From Candidatus Dwaynesavagella gallinarum (GTDB lineage Bacteria > Bacillota > Clostridia > Clostridiales > Clostridiaceae), in assembly GCA_019120235.1 (NCBI GenBank), contig DWVN01000145.1:5659-37658 (forward strand): a stretch of DNA of 32,000 bases, written 5' to 3'. Shown piece by piece: positions 8,929 through 17,463 of this stretch. Position 1 is the first letter of the stretch; each line of letters opens with the position of its first letter. The notes under the pieces are model-generated. The model was not told the origin of the DNA. It was given only the letters and a program-made list of their open reading frames with translations, and did not search any database. The translations under genes were made by a program, and so were the position numbers.

Positions 8929-11900
8929 TTATATAGTTATATCAATTATATAAGTTCCTTCATCCTTAAATTTTATCAATTTTTCAACATACTTTTCTCC
9001 ATTAATTTTTAAATTCTTTAATTCTCCCTTTCTAACTATTATTTTATAAAATACATTTCCTCTATTATATTCAATTACATACTGTTTCCAATCACTTGGT
9101 ATACATGGTTCTAAATAAAATCCATCTTCACACAAATTAAATCCCAATATATTTTCAAGAACAACTCTATAAAATAACGAAGAAGTATAATTAAAATCAT
9201 CATTTATAATTTTAACTAAACTATTTTCTTTAAATCCTATTTTAGCTGGAATCATATACGGTTCTTTTTTATAAATATTTGCACAATTTCTATTCATAGT
9301 TCTTAATATAGGATTTAAAAAATTTAAATATTTATATGCTTTATCATTCAATTTTAATTTTGTTAGTGCCTTAACCAATAAAATTAATTCCTTATTATTC
9401 TGAATAATTTTATCCTCTTTTATAAATGCATTATCTTTAGTAAAAAATTCTTTTACAAATCCAGAATCTCTATTAATTAAATATTTTTCAATAGAAAATA
9501 TAACTTTTTGACTAATGACATGATTATCTACACAAATCAATGATAATATCTGAGGAAGTAAATATATATCATTATAAAAAGCTTTAGACCCTTTATCTTT
9601 TAAATTATTTATATAAAACTCTCCATTAAAACACTCTGTCTCAAGAATGTGCAAAATTCTATTTTTAACCTTATTAAATATATCTCTATTTTTACAATCA
9701 TTAACTTTTAATAATATTTCATCAAAATCCCCTAATACTCTATAAAGCATAAAAAGAGTCTTAACATCCAAAATATTTTTATTTACCTTAGGGTCACCTA
9801 CATCTTCTACAAATATTCCCTTATTTATAATTTTTAAGCACTTATCATATATATTTGAAAATTTTACTTTTGAATCGCTATCACTCATATAATTAATTTC
9901 AACATTCAAAATATCAAAATCACCAGTAACTTTTATATAATCTAAAAGTATATATACAATCCATAATAAATCATATAAACAATCATTTATTTCATATTCT
10001 TTTGTAAAATAGCTCCATTTATCTTTAAAATTCCCATTCTCATACATATTAGAAAATACTTTTATAATATTTTTCTTACTTTCTTCAGAATCTATATATG
10101 TATAAATTAAACATTTTTCCATTAAATCAATACAAGAATTTAATTCTCCTTTAAATGAACTACTTAATAAAAATTTTTCATTATAACTCTGATGAAGAAT
10201 CCATCCATTCATAAACGCATCTATATATTCATCCTTAGTTTTAATTTGAAACTCTTTATATTTTTTAAAATATATTTCCTCATTTTTTTCATATACATCA
10301 TTAAATAACTTTTCATCTGTACAAAAATTATTTATTTCAGAATTTATAGCTTCAATACTATTATCATATCCTAAAATAATATGAACTTCCTTAGTCTCTC
10401 CCACATCTAAAGTAAGTTTTCCTGAAGCACATAAACAAGATTCTAAATAGATTCCCGTCAAATTGCTTAACTTGTCTTTATACACACCTATAGGATTAAA
10501 ATATCCATTATTTATTCCCAAAAATTCCTTTTTACTTCCTGTAAATGAAACATCTTTACACCCAAATAATTTTAAATAAGCCTTTACATTTTTAAAATTC
10601 TTAGAAAAATTATTTTCTCCGTATATGTAATCAAAATCTCTATTTATATAAGTACTTAATTTCTTAGAATAATCATCTTTTGAAGATAATAAGATAGGTG
10701 CAAAATAATACACATTAAAACGTCTAACTTTATCAGATAAATTTTTAAATTTTATTTTAACAACTTTATATTTTTTCCCTTGTGGAATAAAGCATTCAAC
10801 ATTAGTTTTAACATTTCTATATTGATTACTTATTTTTGTACTAGAAAATGAATTAGAAATTATATAATCCTCTCCATTATCAATAGGACTAAATGTTGGT
10901 GACCAAACAAATTCATCTTCTCTTATATAAATTGATTCTCCAGCATAATTATATTCTTTTTTTGTAAAATCTTCAGTAATCAAAAACTCTCTACAATCAA
11001 AAGCCCAGGTACTCATAAATCCACTTGACAATATACAAGTAGAAATATATTTATTATTTAAAATATTTTTATAACTATAAGGAATCATATTTAAATTATT
11101 AATTTTAACAATATATTCAGAATAGTCTTTTGAAAAGCCTCCATAAGAATTATAAAATTTGAGCATTTTCCTTGGACTATTATATTTACTTATATCATTA
11201 TAATCTGAAATTTCATCACCTATCTCAAACAAATATCTATTTAAAATAATATTTTTATTATACTTAAAAATATCGTTTTGAGGTGATACAATACAATTTT
11301 CTAAATTTTCCTCTCTTATTATTTCTTGTAAATTTTTAACAGTAAAATTAAGCTGATCATATATACTCTTTTCCCCTGATTGTATTAAAATGTTTGATAT
11401 ATTTTTGATAATTTCACAAGTGCTCTTATAAATATTTGATAAAATTATGTAAATTCCATTGTCAACATTTATTCTTTCCTTAAGATTATATCTCAATATA
11501 ATTTTATCAAGCTCGCTATCAATATGTTTATCTTGTCTTAAATAACTATTTAAGATTACTAAATTAAATTCTAAACCAATTTTTATAAAATATGCTAACG
11601 CTTTAATTAATATTTCAACATGTTCTAGATCCTTACTTTGCATAATTTCTACAGCTACAATCGGTATATTAGGATTTATATTATAAGATATTAAATCTTT
11701 AATTCCTACATCACAACTTAATTTATAATTTCTTTCTGGAAAACCATATATAATTTTAGAAGTAATATGATTAAATAAAGATAACTCTTGAGGAGATATT
11801 TTTAAGTTGTTAACCATAATTTTAAGATTATAAGAATTAATATAAAATAAATTAGATATCATATTCAAATTTTTATAGTTATCAATTAATTTAACTAATT

Positions 11901-14900
11901 TTTCTTTATTATCACTTATAGCATTTATAAAGTACACACTTACATGACCATGAGAATTTAATCTTATATTAGATCTTAAACTCATAACCATATCATCATA
12001 AAATTTATTATTTCCATAATTAGAATTAATACCCATAGAAATAGGATATTGTAAATTTCCATTTACTCCCATGAATCCTTGCTTTGTGTTTTCAAATTTA
12101 ATTCCTTCAATTTCATTATTAGTGTAATAAATACTATGACCCATAAACAAATTATCATTATCATTTCCACATATAACTAACATTTTATCATCTACATAAT
12201 CAAAACTTTTATTCAAAATATCACTTTCAAAATAACTAGTTAATTCTAAATTTTTAACCTTGGATGTTAAATTCTTTAATATTATTTTTCTTATCTCAAC
12301 GTTTTCATCATTAGATATAAAAATCTCACTAATAACATTAATATCTCTATCATTTGCTTTAAATCTTACTTTATCTAATTCAAATTCACAAATATAACTA
12401 ACATCATTATTTTTACATGGCAAATATGTATTACTAAAAAATTTACCGCTATCTAAATCCCTTATATATACACTTCCATAAGGCTTCTCATTAGTAAAAT
12501 CATAGCTTAATTCTGAAATGTACTCACCTTTAAATTTTAAATATCCACCACCACTACTGCTTATTCCCAAAGAATAATCTCCATTAGAATAAATTTGCAT
12601 ATCACACATTTTATCTTTACTATACTTAATTATTCTCGGTATAAACTCATCATTTAAATCCATAACATTTAAAACAAACTCATTTTCTTTAACTTTATTA
12701 ATGGATATATTATGGATACTTTCATTAAGTAATTCACTTATACTTTCCACATCAATTATTTTTTCAAATCTATCTTGACAAATATTATTCATTAAAATAT
12801 TTGACAACGCTATCAGACTCATACCTTGATGATGAGCCATATAGCTTTTTACTATAGAATAACTATTATTTTTATGATTTCTTTGTTTTGTAAAATCAAT
12901 AGCTTCATAAAAACCATATTTACCCAAACTTCCTAATTTTTTTAACCTTTTTAAATTTTTTATGCTACTTTTAAAATCAACCATAGAGCTCATAATTCCA
13001 GAATAAGGGCTTACAACTAAATTTTCGTAATCTTTTTTTACTGCAACTCCAGGAATTCCAAATGCTTTATACTGATAATTTAATTGACTATCAAATTCAT
13101 AAAAACAAGATTCTGATACACCAAAAGGAATTCTATTATGGTTTGCAAACTTTATCTGAGCTTCGACACATCCTCTATAAGTTTCATAAAACACCGTATC
13201 AGGATAAGCTTTCATATAAAGCATTGGCATTAAATACTCAAACATAGTTCCACTCCAAGACATAAGAGTTTTTATACCATTTACATTAATTCCTAATCGT
13301 CCTAATTTAAACCAATGACTTATAGGTATATCTCCTTTTGCAATAGATAAAAAACTTGCAATTCTAACTTCTGATGCCAATAAATCATAACAATTTTCAT
13401 CTAACAAATCATTTTCACAATCATATCCTATTGATAATAAATTTCTCTCCTTATTATATAAAAATTTAAAATCCATAGAATTAATTTTAGAACTAATTTT
13501 ATCCATTAAAAATTTAACATCTTTAACTATCTGCTTAACATTAACTATTACTTCAGATATTTTTAAGTCAACTAACTCATTTCTAACAGATGAATTGTTA
13601 TAATTTTTCTTAAATTCTACAAGTTCCTTCTCTAATTCCCCTAAATTTGTACTAATAAATATTTCTCCAAATTTCTCAATTCTAAAATTAGATATTTCAT
13701 TAATTCTACAAGTTATATTAAAAATTTCATTTAAAAAATTATTTGCACTTTCATTAATCTTTATATGCCAATAAACATCTGCACTATCTTTACTCAATTC
13801 AGAAATATTTTCTTTAGATTTATCCGCTACATCCTCTAAAAATTTAATATAATCTCTATATTTATTGCAGTTATAACCATAATTAATTAAATCTTTATAC
13901 AAATGATCCATTTTAGAATTATTTGATAAATATCCCATTTCTTCAAAGGACTTTACTAAATCTTTATGAATAATAGGTTTATTTAAAATATCTTCTAAAG
14001 ACTTTTTACACAAATAATAACTAGCAAGTAAATTTCCACTATCAACAGTTGAAACATATCTATCTCCAAGTGGAACAACATTTTCTATATCATACCAATT
14101 ATATAAATGTCCTCTATAAATTGGTAAAGAATCTATGGATTTCATAATATTTTTTAATCTATCAACCATATCAAGAACACTTATAAATCCAAAATCTCTA
14201 GCTAAAATAAAAGAGCTTAAACTCATACCTATATTAGTTGGAGACGTTTTTTTAACAATACCTATTGACGGATCTTCTTGATAATTATCACAAACTAAAT
14301 AGTTAGTACTTTCATTTACAAAATCCTCAAAATATGAAAATATACTTCTTGATAATGATCTTAAAAAAATATTTTGTTCACTAGTTATTTTAACTTTTTT
14401 GACTTTTTGTTTTTTAGACAAATAATATGCTATAAATGGAGCTATAAAAAACGTAATTGAAGGTAAAATCATCTCATTAAATTTAAAATAAACACTAAAC
14501 ATTAAACTTAATAATCCAAAAACTATACATAAAAACATTTTACCTAAATATGAAACGATAGAATCTTTTGAATTTTTCTCAACTTCTTGGAATGATTTCC
14601 ATTCAAGTAAATTTTTCTTAGTAAATAATAACCTCATTATAACTTTAAATACAGCATCAAAAACTATGTACGCTTGATACGGTAAAAAAGAAAACATAAC
14701 ATACATTTGAGTAAACTTATTTTTTAAATTTTTTAAATTAAAAGATAAATTTTCTTTAGCTACAGGTACTATAGTAAGGGAAGATATATCTAAAAAAAGT
14801 GGGAATAATAAACCAAGTAAAACTAACCCATAATATTTGTTTCTTTCTTGTATATTAAGAAAAAATGGTAAAGTAATACAAATCATCCAACTAATAGGAA

Positions 14901-17187
14901 TTAAACTTCTTCTCAAATTATCTAAAATTTTATACTTAGAAAGCATACTAATTCCTCTTCCTCTTATTAAATAAGGAATTAATTGCCAATCTCCCCGCGT
15001 CCATCTATGTAATCTTAAAAAATTTGAGAGAATGTTTGATGGAAATCCTTCTTGTATCTCAATGTCTGAACTTAATAAAACTTTTGAAAAACATCCCTCT
15101 ATTAAATCATGACTCAAAACTCTATTTTCAGGTATAACATTCCACAAAATCTTATCAAATACATCTATATCAATAATACCTTTCCCTATAAAAATACTAT
15201 CTGAAAAAATATCTTGATATATATTAGAAGTAATAGAATTATAAGATGATGTGGCAACATTACCAACAAAAAGTTTAGAATAAATGGTATTTAATGAACT
15301 TTTAAAACTAACATTAACTTTAGGCTGTACTATTCCATAACCTCTAATGACTTTATTTCTTCTTCTGATTGTCTTAACAACTGCTTTATTTAAAATATGA
15401 TTTATAGCTCCTATTAATTTAAATGCAGAATCTTTCATTAATTTAGTATCAGAATCAATTGTTATTATATATTTAGTGTTTTTTAATAATGGATAATCTT
15501 CAATAGATTCATGAAAATTACTTTCTCTTCCTTTTAAAAATTTTATAAATTCCATTATTTTACCGCGTTTACGTTCCCATCCCATGTAAACTTTATTGCT
15601 CTCATTATAAATTTTTTCTCTCACAAACATGTAAAATTTTGTTTCATTAATTTTATCTTTATATCTACTATTTAGTTCCTTTAATGACTTCTTAGCATAA
15701 TCTAAAAGAATTTTATCTTCAAACCCCTCGTAAGAGATAGTATCAACATAATCAAACAATAATGAGAAATATACATTGTTATTTTTATTACAAATATAAG
15801 ATATTTCCAAATTTTTAAATAAATTATCTATATCCTCTTTACTAGTTAAAATAGATGGAATCACAACTATTGTTTTAGCTTCATCTGGAATTTTCTTAGA
15901 ATAATCCATTTTAGGTACAAATTTATGTTCTATATTCTCTAAGAATAAGTGGTTAATAATATTGATCCAAATATCACCAACTAAAACCAAAAATACAGTA
16001 CTAACACCAAAACTTAAAAACCTACTATATAAAATACCATTAAAATATTTAAGTAAAAATAACTCTATAAAAAATATTCCACTAAATATACTTGTAAAAT
16101 AAGATATTTTTTTAAATTTCTCCGAAAACCTAACATTTTTAAAGCGTTTACTTCCCTCGTCTAATAAATAATAACCAACATGTCTTGAACAATTCGTATC
16201 TCCATTTTTACATAAATCTAGGATTTTAACGCATTCCATATACTCATTTAAATTATTTTTCTCACAGATTTTTTCAAGTGTTTTTCTATAAAAATCTCTA
16301 CTTTCATAATCCATATTTCCATAAACGCCTGATGGATCTTTTAAAAATTCTTTATGTACAGAACTTACATTTTCAAGAGCAATTCTCCAATCAAACAAAG
16401 AAATATTTTTAAGAGATTGTATATAGATACTAATTTTAATTCTTATATCATTTAATTGTTTTTCATTTAATTGCTTCAAATCTTTATATGTTAAATTTTC
16501 ATTTTCTAAAATTTTATCTAAAAAATCTCTTATTACACGATCTTCTATTCTGTTTTCATTCATTAAATCTATAAAATATTCAATTGTATATAATGAAACA
16601 TTATTATCTAAAAATTTCTCAAGTTTGCGCAAAGCAACTTTAAATTTACCATCATTAATTAATTTCATTACACTCTTAAAAAGAACATGCCCTTTATATC
16701 TCTGGTTTTCAATTAATGAAACTTCATTAACAATTTTATATATATTTTCCAAAACAGAATACTTCAAAAAAAATGAAATACTCCAGAGTTCTTTTAAACT
16801 AAGTTTAACTTTACTCTCATACTCATCTAATTTTTCAAAAAATTCTCTCTCTTCAAAAATACTATCCTGATTTTCAACAACACAAGAACAAAATAAATAT
16901 GCTCTAGGTAAAAACTCCTCATTAATTTTTACAGAAATAAACTCTCTTAAATTAATATAATTATCATTTAATAACTGTATGGTTTCATTCTCTATTACAA
17001 AAAAATTATCCGTTATCCATTTAGAACTATCACTTATTTTACATCCTAAAGATTTTATATTTTCAATAGCTTCAACATTTTTTAAAAACGTTTTATTTAA
17101 ATCTTTAAACTTATCTTTAAAATTAAATTTCTTTATGTGCACATCATTATGCGTACAAACTAAATTGAGTAAATCATAATTTATCAT
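8929..17187 (-). CDS. Cyclic beta-1,2-glucan synthase-like protein (GT84, glycoamylase-like domain, C-terminal GH94-like domain), 2752 aa
   Basis: GT84-type motifs: MGWERKRGKIMEF, YIITIDSDTKL, LSHDLIEGCF, RLHRWTRGDWQLIPYL. Multiple TM segments. Glycoamylase-like TLMSWSGTMFEYLMP and MAHHQGMSLIAL. C-terminal NSYGGFSKDYSEYIV...GESIYIREDEFVWSPTFSPIDN...GETKEVHIILGYDNS resembles GH94 of NdvB/Cgs. Reads minus; the track says '+'. Confidence 0.9.
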   Translation of the reverse strand: MINYDLLNLVCTHNDVHIKKFNFKDKFKDLNKTFLKNVEAIENIKSLGCKISDSSKWITDNFFVIENETIQLLNDNYINLREFISVKINEEFLPRAYLFCSCVVENQDSIFEEREFFEKLDEYESKVKLSLKELWSISFFLKYSVLENIYKIVNEVSLIENQRYKGHVLFKSVMKLINDGKFKVALRKLEKFLDNNVSLYTIEYFIDLMNENRIEDRVIRDFLDKILENENLTYKDLKQLNEKQLNDIRIKISIYIQSLKNISLFDWRIALENVSSVHKEFLKDPSGVYGNMDYESRDFYRKTLEKICEKNNLNEYMECVKILDLCKNGDTNCSRHVGYYLLDEGSKRFKNVRFSEKFKKISYFTSIFSGIFFIELFLLKYFNGILYSRFLSFGVSTVFLVLVGDIWINIINHLFLENIEHKFVPKMDYSKKIPDEAKTIVVIPSILTSKEDIDNLFKNLEISYICNKNNNVYFSLLFDYVDTISYEGFEDKILLDYAKKSLKELNSRYKDKINETKFYMFVREKIYNESNKVYMGWERKRGKIMEFIKFLKGRESNFHESIEDYPLLKNTKYIITIDSDTKLMKDSAFKLIGAINHILNKAVVKTIRRRNKVIRGYGIVQPKVNVSFKSSLNTIYSKLFVGNVATSSYNSITSNIYQDIFSDSIFIGKGIIDIDVFDKILWNVIPENRVLSHDLIEGCFSKVLLSSDIEIQEGFPSNILSNFLRLHRWTRGDWQLIPYLIRGRGISMLSKYKILDNLRRSLIPISWMICITLPFFLNIQERNKYYGLVLLGLLFPLFLDISSLTIVPVAKENLSFNLKNLKNKFTQMYVMFSFLPYQAYIVFDAVFKVIMRLLFTKKNLLEWKSFQEVEKNSKDSIVSYLGKMFLCIVFGLLSLMFSVYFKFNEMILPSITFFIAPFIAYYLSKKQKVKKVKITSEQNIFLRSLSRSIFSYFEDFVNESTNYLVCDNYQEDPSIGIVKKTSPTNIGMSLSSFILARDFGFISVLDMVDRLKNIMKSIDSLPIYRGHLYNWYDIENVVPLGDRYVSTVDSGNLLASYYLCKKSLEDILNKPIIHKDLVKSFEEMGYLSNNSKMDHLYKDLINYGYNCNKYRDYIKFLEDVADKSKENISELSKDSADVYWHIKINESANNFLNEIFNITCRINEISNFRIEKFGEIFISTNLGELEKELVEFKKNYNNSSVRNELVDLKISEVIVNVKQIVKDVKFLMDKISSKINSMDFKFLYNKERNLLSIGYDCENDLLDENCYDLLASEVRIASFLSIAKGDIPISHWFKLGRLGINVNGIKTLMSWSGTMFEYLMPMLYMKAYPDTVFYETYRGCVEAQIKFANHNRIPFGVSESCFYEFDSQLNYQYKAFGIPGVAVKKDYENLVVSPYSGIMSSMVDFKSSIKNLKRLKKLGSLGKYGFYEAIDFTKQRNHKNNSYSIVKSYMAHHQGMSLIALSNILMNNICQDRFEKIIDVESISELLNESIHNISINKVKENEFVLNVMDLNDEFIPRIIKYSKDKMCDMQIYSNGDYSLGISSSGGGYLKFKGEYISELSYDFTNEKPYGSVYIRDLDSGKFFSNTYLPCKNNDVSYICEFELDKVRFKANDRDINVISEIFISNDENVEIRKIILKNLTSKVKNLELTSYFESDILNKSFDYVDDKMLVICGNDNDNLFMGHSIYYTNNEIEGIKFENTKQGFMGVNGNLQYPISMGINSNYGNNKFYDDMVMSLRSNIRLNSHGHVSVYFINAISDNKEKLVKLIDNYKNLNMISNLFYINSYNLKIMVNNLKISPQELSLFNHITSKIIYGFPERNYKLSCDVGIKDLISYNINPNIPIVAVEIMQSKDLEHVEILIKALAYFIKIGLEFNLVILNSYLRQDKHIDSELDKIILRYNLKERINVDNGIYIILSNIYKSTCEIIKNISNILIQSGEKSIYDQLNFTVKNLQEIIREENLENCIVSPQNDIFKYNKNIILNRYLFEIGDEISDYNDISKYNSPRKMLKFYNSYGGFSKDYSEYIVKINNLNMIPYSYKNILNNKYISTCILSSGFMSTWAFDCREFLITEDFTKKEYNYAGESIYIREDEFVWSPTFSPIDNGEDYIISNSFSSTKISNQYRNVKTNVECFIPQGKKYKVVKIKFKNLSDKVRRFNVYYFAPILLSSKDDYSKKLSTYINRDFDYIYGENNFSKNFKNVKAYLKLFGCKDVSFTGSKKEFLGINNGYFNPIGVYKDKLSNLTGIYLESCLCASGKLTLDVGETKEVHIILGYDNSIEAINSEINNFCTDEKLFNDVYEKNEEIYFKKYKEFQIKTKDEYIDAFMNGWILHQSYNEKFLLSSSFKGELNSCIDLMEKCLIYTYIDSEESKKNIIKVFSNMYENGNFKDKWSYFTKEYEINDCLYDLLWIVYILLDYIKVTGDFDILNVEINYMSDSDSKVKFSNIYDKCLKIINKGIFVEDVGDPKVNKNILDVKTLFMLYRVLGDFDEILLKVNDCKNRDIFNKVKNRILHILETECFNGEFYINNLKDKGSKAFYNDIYLLPQILSLICVDNHVISQKVIFSIEKYLINRDSGFVKEFFTKDNAFIKEDKIIQNNKELILLVKALTKLKLNDKAYKYLNFLNPILRTMNRNCANIYKKEPYMIPAKIGFKENSLVKIINDDFNYTSSLFYRVVLENILGFNLCEDGFYLEPCIPSDWKQYVIEYNRGNVFYKIIVRKGELKNLKINGEKYVEKLIKFKDEGTYIIDITI

Positions 17188-17303
17188 GTCATATCCCTTC
17201 CATTTTAACTAAGAAAAATCATCTCAATTTAAAACATTTTTTGAAATATATTCTATTATTACCAAAATTTTTTTTATTATTCATACCTTTAACCGATTAT
17301 ATA

Positions 17304-17332
17304 TTGATATTTTTTATATATTTTCGTATAAT
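17304..17332 (+). promoter_or_regulatory. Probable sigma-A promoter for adhE
   Basis: TTGATA (17304-17309), 17-bp spacer, TATAAT (17327-17332). Confidence 0.75.
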
Positions 17333-17336
17333 AATA

Positions 17337-17354
17337 TTGTTATTAAAATAACAA
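17337..17354. promoter_or_regulatory. Rex-type operator 1
   Basis: TTGTTATTAAAATAACAA: perfect inverted arms TTGTTATT/AATAACAA. Fits the Rex consensus TTGTTAnnnnnnTAACAA and sits at the expected transcription start of adhE, a classic Rex target. Confidence 0.78.
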
Positions 17355-17357
17355 ACT

Positions 17358-17375
17358 TTGTTATTAAAATATCAA
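17358..17375. promoter_or_regulatory. Rex-type operator 2
   Basis: TTGTTATTAAAATATCAA: one substitution from operator 1, offset exactly 21 bp. Confidence 0.6.
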
Positions 17376-17463
17376 AATTAAAATAATATTTTTTTTAGTT
17401 AATCAAATAATACAAAAATATAAGACTATCAAAGTTTAATGATTATGGAGGTTGTTATTCATT

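Noticed and set aside
10123-10152. Considered calling the glucan synthase a pseudogene because of GH94 motif loss
   Set aside because: The reading frame is open over 8.2 kb with intact GT84 and glycoamylase-like motifs, so the protein is probably functional with a diverged domain.
13062-17179. ORFs 13062..13247, 16625..16870 and 16979..17179 inside the glucan synthase gene
   Set aside because: Opposite-strand shadow ORFs of the 2752-aa gene, with no independent signals.
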